Source of the DNA: an uncultured virus (IMG/VR IMGVR_UViG_3300020178_000825)
Lineage: Duplodnaviria; Heunggongvirae; Uroviricota; Caudoviricetes
DNA: 64,000 nt
IMG/VR virus record: IMGVR_UViG_3300020178_000825
Coordinates: 1 to 64,000 of that record
Reading direction: 5' to 3' (one strand)
Positions within the stretch are counted from its first letter, which is position 1, and every line of letters starts with the position of its first letter. The notes under the pieces were generated by a model that searched no databases, was not told the origin of the DNA, and saw only the letters and a list, made by a program, of their open reading frames with translations. This document shows positions 1-9,659 of this stretch, piece after piece. Both the position numbers and the translations under genes were made by a program.

Positions 1-1
1 T

Positions 2-1063
2 AACTTCAGAATCAATTGCTGAACGATTGGTTTGGGATGCTGTCCAAATAGGAATACCCAATTCACCACTAATACCTCTCAACTCAATGTAAACACCACC
101 TTGCTCACCATAGGTTGAATCGGATTTATTAGTGTGAGATAATAACAAATCAGCATAATCAATAATTATCAAATCAGGTTTATTTCCTGCTGCTGTCATC
201 TTCTCAATATGGGATTCTAATTTTTTAGCAGATATACCTTTTGGTGGGAAATACTTAATAAGAAGTTTTCCACTCAATCTATTGATTTTCTCTTTTACTT
301 CTTCTTTCTTATCTTTCACATCTGCTGATGGGATTTGTGTAAATACAGTATCGTATCTCTGTCCCACATAATGTTCTGATAATTCCAAAGAGTAATGTAC
401 TACATTTAATCCTCTCTTAACAGCTGCTGCTCCGATTGCACATAGTACCCAAGTTTTACCAACACCAGAAGGTGCTACTGCTACTCCTAATTCGCCAGGT
501 CCCAAACCACCATCCATCAATTCATTAATACAATCCCAACCAGTTGGAACTGTACTTCTATCAACTTCGTTAGTTCTTTCTTCAAAATCTAAAAGGTAAT
601 CGTGTCCCATATCTGAATCCACTCCTACCTTCATTGCTTTATCTACTAAATCTTTGATTCTATCATAGTTACCAGCTTTTAGTAAATCAACTGAACTAAC
701 AATAGCTTGTTTTAGGTTTTGGTTGATGCAAAATGAAGAAAACTCTTTCTTTACATAATCCAAATCAGAATCACCAACTTTGGTAAAAACTAATTTTAAT
801 TGCTCTACTACACTTTTCTGAAACCCTCTATCATCTAACTTCGAAACTTCGGATTTAAAAACGTCTAATGTTGGAGATTTCTTAAATTCATCGTAATATG
901 AAACAATCTCCTCTGCTATCCATTTATTAGCCTCAGCTTCAAAAAACTTTGGATGTATAATCTCACTAAGAGTATCCAATAAACGAACATCCGTAATCAA
1001 AGAAGAAAGTACCTTCGTTTGAAAGGATTGTCCGTATTTTGAAAGAGTATCTATATTTTGCAT
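2..1063 (-). CDS. dnaB: DnaB-like (T4 gp41-type) replicative helicase, 3' end runs off the window
   Basis: Missing from the ORF track because it is truncated. Manual translation from ATG at 1063 gives MQNIDTLSKYGQSFQTKVL..., then Walker A APSGVGKT, HYSLEL and IIIDYADLL, which are SF4 helicase motifs. Confidence 0.9.
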   Translation of the reverse strand, partial: MQNIDTLSKYGQSFQTKVLSSLITDVRLLDTLSEIIHPKFFEAEANKWIAEEIVSYYDEFKKSPTLDVFKSEVSKLDDRGFQKSVVEQLKLVFTKVGDSDLDYVKKEFSSFCINQNLKQAIVSSVDLLKAGNYDRIKDLVDKAMKVGVDSDMGHDYLLDFEERTNEVDRSTVPTGWDCINELMDGGLGPGELGVAVAPSGVGKTWVLCAIGAAAVKRGLNVVHYSLELSEHYVGQRYDTVFTQIPSADVKDKKEEVKEKINRLSGKLLIKYFPPKGISAKKLESHIEKMTAAGNKPDLIIIDYADLLLSHTNKSDSTYGEQGGVYIELRGISGELGIPIWTASQTNRSAIDSEV

Positions 1064-1088
1064 TTACCTATAACCTAATTTGATTTCA

Positions 1089-1119
1089 CAAATATAAGAA
1101 AAATTTGTGATATATCAAA
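1089..1119 (-). promoter_or_regulatory. Bacteroidota sigma70-type promoter upstream of helicase
   Basis: Minus strand reads TTTG-N19-TATATTTG, matching the -33 TTTG / -7 TAnnTTTG consensus. Confidence 0.75.
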
Positions 1120-1120
1120 A

Positions 1121-2167
1121 TTATTTTGTAATAATATTTTGAAAGGTTGAATGTAACCAATCATTTATATCTCTCCAATTTTGGAGAATTTTGTATTTTT
1201 GTCCAACTCTAAGAAAATCTAATTTCTTAAATTCAACATCATCTTCATTAAATCTATCTAAGATTTTTAACTTCTGATTTGTTGGGATATGGGGTTCATC
1301 TAACTCCATTAACCTCTTATTCATAAGAAGTTGGTCTTTTGCTTTTAAGATATCATCATATAATTTGATTTTACCTTGCTTATCTTCACACAATTGGAAG
1401 AACTCCTCATGTGTTATCAATCTATCCTCAGAAAGTTCAGGAAACCTCTTTAAAAGAGTTTTAATACCACATCCTTTGATGCCTGGTATGTTATCTGATT
1501 TATCACCATCCAATGTTCTATATAATAAAAGATTCTCAGGCCAAATTCCATACTCATCAAACACCATCTGTCTATCGTATAATTTCTTTTTAGTAGGTGA
1601 AAATACTTTTACTTTATCAGAAACTAACTGAAGAAAATCTTTATCAGTTGAAACAATAACAACTTCATTACCTAAATCCGATTCATTGTGTTTAGTTAGA
1701 TATGCTATTGTATCATCTGCTTCAATTCCATCATAAATCATAGTCTGAACAGGTAGATAATCTAAAATATCATTTAACCAAATGAATTGTTGTTTCATAG
1801 ATAATCTTTCCTCTTCCTCATCCATCATACCTTGATATTGACGGTTTACTCTAAATCGGTTCTTTTCTCTACCAGCTTTATATCCTTCGTGGATTTTCTT
1901 TCTGGATTGAGAACCATCTTTACCATCAAAGGTTACGATACATCGGGTTGGATTAAATTCTCTAATTTGGTATCCAATAGATTTGAGGGAGCCAATCACC
2001 CCACCCGTATGGTCACCATCCTCATTCATTGTGGGGTTGGTTGTCCAACTTCGGATGAAGGTGTTTAGTCCATCAATAATCAGAACTCTACTATTTCTCT
2101 CACGAAGGTGATTCGTTTCTCGTTCCTGCTCAACTTCGTTTAGAATGTTTTTATAGAGGTCTTTCAT
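1121..2167 (-). CDS. 5'-3' exonuclease / flap endonuclease (T4 RNase H, PolI N-domain-like)
   Basis: Motifs LIIDGLN, FDG, EADD, STDKDFLQL and GDKSDNIPGIKGCGIKT (H3TH). Confidence 0.92.
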   Translation of the reverse strand: MKDLYKNILNEVEQERETNHLRERNSRVLIIDGLNTFIRSWTTNPTMNEDGDHTGGVIGSLKSIGYQIREFNPTRCIVTFDGKDGSQSRKKIHEGYKAGREKNRFRVNRQYQGMMDEEEERLSMKQQFIWLNDILDYLPVQTMIYDGIEADDTIAYLTKHNESDLGNEVVIVSTDKDFLQLVSDKVKVFSPTKKKLYDRQMVFDEYGIWPENLLLYRTLDGDKSDNIPGIKGCGIKTLLKRFPELSEDRLITHEEFFQLCEDKQGKIKLYDDILKAKDQLLMNKRLMELDEPHIPTNQKLKILDRFNEDDVEFKKLDFLRVGQKYKILQNWRDINDWLHSTFQNIITK

Positions 2168-2412
2168 TATGTAGTTGTTGTTGAATCAGAAAAATAATTG
2201 TGAATACCTTCACCGAAATAATTATCGATAGTTTGTAATCTATCTTCTGCATCACATAGTTTGGATAATGCCTCTTCTGCGTTTTTATAAAAATCCTCAG
2301 TTGAGTGGTCTCCAATACCCACTGCTTTGTTCTCCAACAACTCCAAAGTAAGGAGTGCTTTAGCTCTATCTGCTTTCGCAGATGCTTGTAACATTTCTTT
2401 TAATTTACTCAT
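2167..2412 (-). CDS. hypothetical protein (81 aa), translationally coupled to the exonuclease
   Basis: Its TAA stop overlaps the next ATG at 2167; fills the gap in the operon. Confidence 0.7.
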   Translation of the reverse strand: MSKLKEMLQASAKADRAKALLTLELLENKAVGIGDHSTEDFYKNAEEALSKLCDAEDRLQTIDNYFGEGIHNYFSDSTTTT

Positions 2413-2428
2413 AACTTATTATTACTTT

Positions 2429-3547
2429 TTATTCTACCACCTCAGCTCCCTCAGTATCTAACTCATGTGCTTCGATATCTTTAGAATCTGATTTGTATTG
2501 TAAGATAGTTGCTTCGCAAATCTTTTTGTAGATTTGTTCTTTAACATCTTCTCTTTCTTCCATCAAATCAATGAAATCTTTGGATTGGAATTTAATTTCC
2601 TCTCCAGTTTCCGTATCAATGTAAGTGTACCATGCACCAGCCTGCTTCACCAACTTATTTTCCTTCATTACTCCTAACCAAGAACCGAAGTTATCGATTC
2701 CTCTATCAAAGAATATTTCGAAATCAGCTGCTCGAAGTGGTGGTCCCATTCGGTTTTTGATAACCTGACATCTAACTTTCATACCAATGGTTTTATCTTG
2801 CCCATTGACTTTTTGTTTGATTTGTCCCATATTCTTCAAACGAAGTCTAACTGATGCATGGAATGCAAGAGCTTTTCCTCCAGAAGTAGTCCACGGGTCA
2901 CCAAACATAGCGTTCATTTTCTGTCTTAATTGATTAGTGAATACTAAGGTGATTTTTTGCCTACCAATTAAATTGGTAATTTTTCTCATCGCCTTTGAGA
3001 TAATAATAGCTTTATCAGTAGCGTATCCATCTTTACCATAATCAGCTGCCAACTCATTCTTAGTTGAAGCTGCAGCAACTGAATCTACTACGATTGTTAC
3101 TAACTTATCCTTTTGTGTGGTTCTTACCTTTTCAATGATTGTTTCAGTAAATTCGAAAATTTGTTCTACTGAATCAGCTGATACATAAAGTAGTTTTGCT
3201 ACATCTACACCAATTGCTTCTAAGAATTCTCTACTTACCGCAGTTTCAGTATCAATTAGAACCGCAACACCACCTTGCCTTTGTGTTTCAGCAAGGAGGT
3301 GTGCAGATACTAATGATTTTCCACTTTGTTCTAAACCAGTTACTTCGGTAATTCTACCAACAGGAAGTCCACCATAAGGGCGATTCGAAATGGCAACATC
3401 TAACATAGCACAGCCAGTTGATATCCATCCATCCACATTTGTGGGTGCATCATCCTCTCCTAAGAAGAAGGCAACCTTCTGGTCTTTGTTTGTTTTGTTT
3501 AGCTCGGAAGCTAGTTCCGCCGCTAAGTCCATTTCTTTTTTTGCCAT
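2429..3547 (-). CDS. recA: RecA/UvsX recombinase
   Basis: GRITEVTGLEQSGKS (Walker A), IVVDSVAA (Walker B), FTNQLR, TTSGGKALAFHASVRL and KNRMGPP. Confidence 0.95.
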   Translation of the reverse strand: MAKKEMDLAAELASELNKTNKDQKVAFFLGEDDAPTNVDGWISTGCAMLDVAISNRPYGGLPVGRITEVTGLEQSGKSLVSAHLLAETQRQGGVAVLIDTETAVSREFLEAIGVDVAKLLYVSADSVEQIFEFTETIIEKVRTTQKDKLVTIVVDSVAAASTKNELAADYGKDGYATDKAIIISKAMRKITNLIGRQKITLVFTNQLRQKMNAMFGDPWTTSGGKALAFHASVRLRLKNMGQIKQKVNGQDKTIGMKVRCQVIKNRMGPPLRAADFEIFFDRGIDNFGSWLGVMKENKLVKQAGAWYTYIDTETGEEIKFQSKDFIDLMEEREDVKEQIYKKICEATILQYKSDSKDIEAHELDTEGAEVVE

Positions 3548-3557
3548 TTAGTGTAAA

Positions 3558-4382
3558 TTATCCGTTAAATAAATCATCAAATGCTGATGCAACATCATCC
3601 ATTTTCTTTTTCTCTTCAGTAGTTACCTCATTTGAAGGTGCTGCAGCTGGTGCCGTAGTAGCTTCAGTTTTAGGTGCTGATGGAGTTGATAGAGTTTGTT
3701 GAGAAACACTCTCTTCACCTTCTTCAGCAGTTGGATTTAACCAACCTTCTAATACTGATTTTAATTCATCATAAGATAACTCTGAATAGATATCAGTAAT
3801 GTTACTTTGAGATTCCATAAAGTTTTGGATGTTAGTATCACCCTCTGCCAATGGAGTTACATTTGGTTTAACACGGATAGTAGTTACAGGATAAGAAGTT
3901 CCTGCATCTTCAGCTGATACATACTCAATAGTAATATCTCTACCATTATTAGGGTCAGTAATATCACCATAGTCTGGGTCAGCAATGTAACCTAAGATTT
4001 CCTGATAAACAGTTTTGCCGAATCCCCAAAACTTAACACCTTCTGATTCCTCTCCTCTTACGAGTACAGGTACAAAAGTTCTTAATTTTGGCTCCATTTT
4101 CTTCGCTGCTTTCCAATCTTCTTTATCACCCATTCTTTTCAACTTTTCAGCAAACTCAACGATTGGGTCTGGTCTACCAAATGAACTTGGAGACAAGTAC
4201 GTTTTGTTGTTGATGTTGTAATGGAAGAATAGTTCAATGAAAGGATTTTCAGGAGAAAATTTGTAAGGAACGATTCTGACTTGATGTTTACCCGGTGTGG
4301 GTTTCCACAGATTTGATGTTCTGTTTGAAGTGTTTTGTAGTTTGTTCAGTCTACCTCTGATTGCGCTTAAATCTAGTGCCAT
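3558..4382 (-). CDS. T4 gp32-like single-stranded DNA-binding protein
   Basis: Motifs WKP..G...VRIVP, VKFWGFGKTVY and DITDPNNGRDI; low-complexity linker and acidic C-terminal tail AFDDLFNG; adjacent to recA. Confidence 0.85.
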   Translation of the reverse strand: MALDLSAIRGRLNKLQNTSNRTSNLWKPTPGKHQVRIVPYKFSPENPFIELFFHYNINNKTYLSPSSFGRPDPIVEFAEKLKRMGDKEDWKAAKKMEPKLRTFVPVLVRGEESEGVKFWGFGKTVYQEILGYIADPDYGDITDPNNGRDITIEYVSAEDAGTSYPVTTIRVKPNVTPLAEGDTNIQNFMESQSNITDIYSELSYDELKSVLEGWLNPTAEEGEESVSQQTLSTPSAPKTEATTAPAAAPSNEVTTEEKKKMDDVASAFDDLFNG

Positions 4383-4447
4383 AATTTTTAAATTTTAAAG
4401 TTTTAATTGTTTTATTGGTTTTATTATGGTGTCTTTCCTACACCTTA

Positions 4448-4456
4448 TATAAATAT
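4448..4456 (-). promoter_or_regulatory. ATATTTATA motif (putative phage late promoter)
   Basis: Exact copy of a motif that recurs in intergenic gaps upstream of minus-strand starts. Confidence 0.5.
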
Positions 4457-4499
4457 CAAAATACCTGGTTTTAAGTGGAATTTTGAAGATATATTTATA

Positions 4500-4531
4500 C
4501 AAATATACGAAAAGTTTTTAACAATTCCAAA
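4500..4531 (-). promoter_or_regulatory. Bacteroidota-type promoter upstream of SSB (proximal)
   Basis: TTTG-N20-TATATTTG on the minus strand. Confidence 0.75.
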
Positions 4532-4578
4532 TCTTTTTTAATTTTTTTTGAAATGTTAATTTTCCTCATTTGTTGATA

Positions 4579-4610
4579 CAAATATAAGGAATTATTTTGA
4601 GATTACCAAA
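4579..4610 (-). promoter_or_regulatory. Bacteroidota-type promoter upstream of SSB (distal)
   Basis: TTTG-N20-TATATTTG on the minus strand. Confidence 0.75.
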
Positions 4611-4625
4611 TTTATTTTGATTTTT

Positions 4626-4859
4626 TTATAGCTCTAGTATAATTTCACCATTAATGGTGTGTATATTAAACCGATGATTAGGAGTTTTTAACATTCTATC
4701 ATAGTCTAAAGCAGAATCCCATTCTCTGAGTCCATCCTCCATAACCTTATCAATATCAGATATTTCTAACATTAATCGGTTATCCAATGATTGAAGTGCT
4801 ATGTGTTCTGGTTCACCAGCTAAACCAGTGTTTACCAATCTATATACTATACTTGCCAT
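4626..4859 (-). CDS. hypothetical protein (77 aa)
   Basis: ATG lies immediately after the amidase stop; same strand as its neighbours. Confidence 0.6.
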   Translation of the reverse strand: MASIVYRLVNTGLAGEPEHIALQSLDNRLMLEISDIDKVMEDGLREWDSALDYDRMLKTPNHRFNIHTINGEIILEL

Positions 4860-4860
4860 T

Positions 4861-5772
4861 TTACAAAGATACTAGCATATCCAACAACTCTTGTTGTGGG
4901 AACAAATCAAATTTATCTTTACGAGTATTAGTGTGAGTCCACACACCTTTTACTTTACCATAGTAAGCATCTTCATTGAACTCAAATGCAGCTGCACCTT
5001 TTTCTTTGATTAAAGCAGGTAATCCAGCTCTGATATCAATTCCATCCCTTTCTCCAATAAACTTCATCCACTTTTCTAATTGTTCGATTTGTTTATCAGA
5101 ATATCTATGCCAAGTTTTGTGTCCTCTAAATTCTTCTTTTAGAGTTACAATTTGTGAATCTGCTACTTGAGTACCAGCATAAGTTTTTCCATCTACTACA
5201 TATCCAAAGTTACAAATTTCAATACCTACTGAATGCACGTGCATATGTTGTGAACCATTTTTACCTAAGTGCCATGCGTAGTTACCTTCTGGGAAACATT
5301 GTAGTAATTCACCATCGTATTTATCATCGTTTCCTTTTACCGATGGTCCACCCATTACCCATTCAGTTGCAATAGTACCATTATCCATATCCCAATACTC
5401 AACACACTTATAAGGATTATGCCATCCAGCGGTGTGGTGTAAGAAAAGATATTCGTAGTTTACAGGTCCATGTTTGTACTCATCTTCGGGCATAAAGTAT
5501 TCTACATACTCTAAATCACCCTTAGTTACTTTATTCTTTGAATAGATATCTGGTGCATCTGATTCTTCTTGTCCAGTTGCATCAGTATCGTTTAATCCCA
5601 TTGCTGCCCAAGTTCCTTTTCCAACTAAACCATCGGCAGTTAATCCATTTAAGGATTGAAAATCTTTTACGGCTTGTTCCGTACCTTTTCCGAAGATTCC
5701 ATCAGCACCAAGACCTAAGAATTCTTGAACTGCTTTTACATCTTCACCTCTTGAACCTACTTTTAATAGCAT
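4861..5772 (-). CDS. N-acetylmuramoyl-L-alanine amidase (Amidase_2) with N-terminal peptidoglycan-binding domain; probable endolysin
   Basis: PG_binding_1 pattern (GSRGEDVKAVQ..L...DGIFGKGT..AVKDFQ...GLTADGLVG) followed by Zn-amidase motifs LHHTAG, SVGIEI and THT...KFD. Confidence 0.88.
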   Translation of the reverse strand: MLLKVGSRGEDVKAVQEFLGLGADGIFGKGTEQAVKDFQSLNGLTADGLVGKGTWAAMGLNDTDATGQEESDAPDIYSKNKVTKGDLEYVEYFMPEDEYKHGPVNYEYLFLHHTAGWHNPYKCVEYWDMDNGTIATEWVMGGPSVKGNDDKYDGELLQCFPEGNYAWHLGKNGSQHMHVHSVGIEICNFGYVVDGKTYAGTQVADSQIVTLKEEFRGHKTWHRYSDKQIEQLEKWMKFIGERDGIDIRAGLPALIKEKGAAAFEFNEDAYYGKVKGVWTHTNTRKDKFDLFPQQELLDMLVSL

Positions 5773-5782
5773 ATTTTTTATT

Positions 5783-6184
5783 TTAGTTTTGATTAAATTC
5801 TATAACCTCAAAGATACGAGTCTGAATACGTTTCGTACCCTCAGTATTTGTAAGTATTATTGAATTTCTAAATTTTTGCCAATCTATTACGAATGTCTTA
5901 TCCAATACCCCACCATTTTCTTCTCTCACTAATTGATTTAGTGCGTTGATGGTGTATAGAGTATTTGATTCTTTTTTTCTGTGTATTAGTATTGTATCTT
6001 CTAAAGGTTGTGGTGGTTTGAACTCCGTATTAATATTATAGGTAACGTAAAGTTCATCTAAGTTTGATTTATTCTGTAAAATATAGATATAGTTATACAC
6101 TATCACATAAGTTTCTCTGATATCTTGCAGAGTCTTTTGTAACCCATCCTTTGAAGTAAATGTACACAATAATTGTGTTTTCAT
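5783..6184 (-). CDS. hypothetical phage protein (133 aa)
   Basis: Clean ORF with an upstream ATATTTATA motif; no function recognised. Confidence 0.75.
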   Translation of the reverse strand: MKTQLLCTFTSKDGLQKTLQDIRETYVIVYNYIYILQNKSNLDELYVTYNINTEFKPPQPLEDTILIHRKKESNTLYTINALNQLVREENGGVLDKTFVIDWQKFRNSIILTNTEGTKRIQTRIFEVIEFNQN

Positions 6185-6212
6185 ATATTTTTTTCTCTAT
6201 TAATCAATCACC

Positions 6213-6221
6213 TATAAATAT
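6213..6221 (-). promoter_or_regulatory. ATATTTATA motif (putative late promoter)
   Basis: Exact motif about 29 nt upstream of the ATG at 6184. Confidence 0.55.
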
Positions 6222-6246
6222 CAGATTATTTTTTTGGGGGTAATTA

Positions 6247-8343
6247 TTATCCCTTTGAATCAAAGCATTGTTGCATTTCCCTACTCCAACCATATACAGA
6301 GTTCAATCTTCCCAAAATACCATTCTTAGAACGCTGTCTTTTTTCCATAATTGGAATTCGTTTACCTTTTTTAGAAATAGCGTAAACTAACTTTTTAGAA
6401 CCAGTTACACCACCACTCTTTCCTTCAACTTCTTCAGCAGTTCCCACTTCAAAGTGAGAGATGAAATCATTCTCATCTTCAATATTTGCACAACCTTTTA
6501 ACTCCTCTGGTCCGATTGGTACACCACCATTATTTACCTCAAACATACCATCATACTTAAATACACCGTTATCGGCGTTGATTGCGGTAAAGTGTCCTTT
6601 TTCCCAAATATTTTGAGCTTCTATATAAGTACCCAATCCGATTGATTTACCATCAATTTCAATTTGATGTTGAGTATCTAACTCATCAATCATTTGTTCT
6701 TGAATTTCAATAGTTTCTCTTCTGATTTTATCAATTTCTTGTAATACATCCGGTCCACCAAAGTTAGTGTTTAAATCATTAATTAACTTTTGGTCGTTCT
6801 TTGGAAGTGATTCTTCAGATTTACCCCAACTCTCATCCGAACACCAATTGATATAAGCTTCCACCATTTGTTCATCATTTGGTTCGGTTACACCTTCAGG
6901 TAAGTAATCAGATACTCTTTTTCTTGGTTCACCATCTTTTGGTGGTAACAATAAATTTGGATTTGAGAATCTTTTTTGAACTTGAGATTTCCAATATTTC
7001 TCTGGGTCTGCTCCAGCCGATGCGTTCTTTAGGAGATTTACCGCTTGTGATGATTGGATTGTATTCCCAATACCCTCTTTTAAGAATTTAGCAGGAGTTG
7101 ATGTTACATCATTCAATTTGTTTTCAGTTTCTTCAACTCTTCTACCATATGCACTTCTAGTTGTTTTTATAGTTTTTGCTTGCTCTGGTGTTAGTTTTTT
7201 ATCTGATACTAATTTGTCTATACTTTTTTCACCTTGCTCTATTTCTGCCCCAAATGTAGACTGTGCAATCAATGCAGCGGTTGAATCTTTATCAGAATGG
7301 AATAACAAAGTAACTACACCATTACTATTGTTAACAATTACAGTTCCAGTATCAGATGGATTTTCTCCACCACCAGATGTAGCAATCAATTCCAATGCTT
7401 CCTCTTTTGATATTGGATTTCCTCGTTGGTCAACAATACCATTAGAATTTTCTACAACACCACCCATTGCTTTTAATCCTTTAGTATCACCAAAGAAGTT
7501 TAAAGTTTTGGTATTCTCCCATCCCAATCGTTCATTTGCTATTTCAACTTTTTTAGCTTTTCTTTTAGCTGAACGAACTGCTATTAATCTTTTTGAAATC
7601 AACTCATTTGAATCACCACTACCCTCATATTCTTTTGTATCATTAGAAGTAATTCTACCTGGTCTATTTTTTGATTTATTATTTTGTTGAGCTAACTCAC
7701 CACCAGCTTCTAATTGGACTAAGTGATTATATGCTTGTTCTTCAGTTGCATTTGGATTATTTAAAAAGAATTCAGAAACTTTACAACTCATAATTTCATT
7801 ATACATAGAACCAGCATTACCTGGAGCTGCTCCAGCTTTGAATCCATTTTGAATGAAATCACTTTGAGTTTTTGTATTTTCTTCTGAAATTTTATCTAAT
7901 TTATTTTCTTCGGTTGGTTTATCTTCTTCTTTATCTATATCGGGTGCATCATAATTTTGTTGAAAGATTTTTGATTTTGATTCTTCACCACCTTCTCCAT
8001 CTTCACCATTACCAATCTGAACATACTTACCAGTTTCAGTTTTGCTAAATTTAGGACCTGTAAATCCGTCTGGATTTGATTGCCATTTTTGGTAATCTCC
8101 AGATTTTACATAAGCAGGTGGTTGTCCACCAATACCTTTGTATTTTTTATCTTCATCAGATTTTGTTTCGGCTTCAAAAAGGGTTTGGAATAATTCACCT
8201 TTAATTTCCGATAATCCCAACTCATCCAATACTTCAGATAAGATAGTAAGGTGTTCTGATTTTTTCAGGTCTACAATACCTCCTTCCGTTCTATACGAAA
8301 CTTCCGTTAATAAATCGTTTATAAATTCTTTAAAGTAATTCAT
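6247..8343 (-). CDS. hypothetical protein (698 aa), possibly a virion-internal protein
   Basis: Long ORF preceded by the late-type motif; acidic N-terminal leader; no confident family. Confidence 0.75.
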   Translation of the reverse strand: MNYFKEFINDLLTEVSYRTEGGIVDLKKSEHLTILSEVLDELGLSEIKGELFQTLFEAETKSDEDKKYKGIGGQPPAYVKSGDYQKWQSNPDGFTGPKFSKTETGKYVQIGNGEDGEGGEESKSKIFQQNYDAPDIDKEEDKPTEENKLDKISEENTKTQSDFIQNGFKAGAAPGNAGSMYNEIMSCKVSEFFLNNPNATEEQAYNHLVQLEAGGELAQQNNKSKNRPGRITSNDTKEYEGSGDSNELISKRLIAVRSAKRKAKKVEIANERLGWENTKTLNFFGDTKGLKAMGGVVENSNGIVDQRGNPISKEEALELIATSGGGENPSDTGTVIVNNSNGVVTLLFHSDKDSTAALIAQSTFGAEIEQGEKSIDKLVSDKKLTPEQAKTIKTTRSAYGRRVEETENKLNDVTSTPAKFLKEGIGNTIQSSQAVNLLKNASAGADPEKYWKSQVQKRFSNPNLLLPPKDGEPRKRVSDYLPEGVTEPNDEQMVEAYINWCSDESWGKSEESLPKNDQKLINDLNTNFGGPDVLQEIDKIRRETIEIQEQMIDELDTQHQIEIDGKSIGLGTYIEAQNIWEKGHFTAINADNGVFKYDGMFEVNNGGVPIGPEELKGCANIEDENDFISHFEVGTAEEVEGKSGGVTGSKKLVYAISKKGKRIPIMEKRQRSKNGILGRLNSVYGWSREMQQCFDSKG

Positions 8344-8363
8344 ACTTAAATCTTCCTATATCA

Positions 8364-8372
8364 TATAAATAT
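8364..8372 (-). promoter_or_regulatory. ATATTTATA motif (putative late promoter)
   Basis: Exact motif 20 nt upstream of the ATG at 8343. Confidence 0.55.
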
Positions 8373-9655
8373 TAAAGTTTTGAGTAATCCGTTCCCCAAC
8401 TAGCTTTTATAGGGAAACCATTACTCTCTACTATTTGTTTCAATTTTAGAGCGTGTTCTTTAGGAGTATCTAATGGATAAGAGAATAAGAATGAATCATA
8501 AGTATATAAGGTCAACTCAATATCGGTTTGTTGAATAAACTCCAACACTTTTTGGATTGTTTTCATATTCAACTCAGTTTCAGTTGCTTGTAATAAATAG
8601 TTGAATACTTTTTGAGGATTTGAATCTTCTATCGATGAGAGAGGTATATTTCGGTTGTAAGTCGATACATAACCCATTTCCGATGCCTTACTCCACATTA
8701 CATCGATGTACTCTCTAACCTTCTTATAATAAGGAATAGAGTCGAACTCTTCGGGTATCCCACCATAAAGGAGTTGGAATGTGATTCCCTTAGATTCATC
8801 GTATGGAACTCCATATTGGTCCGCTAACCATTGGTGAACGGAAGTATTGGGTAAATCGTAATCAATCAACTTACCGATGATTCGGGGGTGATAGGCATCA
8901 TAATCCATTTGTAGGAATATGTGCCCATCTTTGGGAATAAACACTTCTCTCGTACCATCCTTTTTATTTAAAGCAGAGAAGTTGATTCCCCCAAATCGGT
9001 TGGAAGGACGGGATGTAATGGTATATGGGTTATATTCGGTATATACGATATTGTTGTTTAAATGTTTAGTGGCTTGTGGATATCTATCAAAAAATTTTCT
9101 CCCATCGACCCGAACACCATATCGTTCAATCTGAGATAAAAGAGGAATCATCGTGTCATCAATCCAACTTTTAGGAGATAAATCGGGAGGAGGAATAGTA
9201 CTACTTATATTATCAACAAATGATTTTAAGTACTCTCCCCACTTCATCAAAGGTGCTATCTTTCCCAAACCATCTCTTATACCCATTCGGGTATAATGTG
9301 ATATAAATGGTTGATTTTGTACCTCATCGGGTATAGTTTGATTCTTTTCAAAGAAGTAATAATTGGATATATCAAAAATATTTTGTATATTTGTACCACT
9401 TTGTAATAAGCCCTTTTTATTCCACACCCATTTTGGTTGTGTAGATTTGGAAAGGTCTAAATGATGGGATTTCCCATCAATATGATTATATATGAGGATA
9501 AAGGTGGATTTTCCAATCATAACGAACAAAAACGCAAGTTCATTGTTCATCGGGTGTTTTTCTAAATCACACCATATGGGAACTACAATAGATGGTTCAG
9601 ATTCCCATCTTTTGATAAATTCTTCCTTCTCTTTGTTAGACTCTACTACAATCAT
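8372..9655 (-). CDS. divergent, short family-A (PolA-like) nucleotidyl polymerase
   Basis: TSRPSN (cf. TGRLSS), motif A MDYDAYHPRII, motif B SKGITFQLLYGG, NYLLQATE and motif C YTYDSFLF. Confidence 0.8.
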   Translation of the reverse strand: MIVVESNKEKEEFIKRWESEPSIVVPIWCDLEKHPMNNELAFLFVMIGKSTFILIYNHIDGKSHHLDLSKSTQPKWVWNKKGLLQSGTNIQNIFDISNYYFFEKNQTIPDEVQNQPFISHYTRMGIRDGLGKIAPLMKWGEYLKSFVDNISSTIPPPDLSPKSWIDDTMIPLLSQIERYGVRVDGRKFFDRYPQATKHLNNNIVYTEYNPYTITSRPSNRFGGINFSALNKKDGTREVFIPKDGHIFLQMDYDAYHPRIIGKLIDYDLPNTSVHQWLADQYGVPYDESKGITFQLLYGGIPEEFDSIPYYKKVREYIDVMWSKASEMGYVSTYNRNIPLSSIEDSNPQKVFNYLLQATETELNMKTIQKVLEFIQQTDIELTLYTYDSFLFSYPLDTPKEHALKLKQIVESNGFPIKASWGTDYSKL

Positions 9656-9659
9656 CCAA

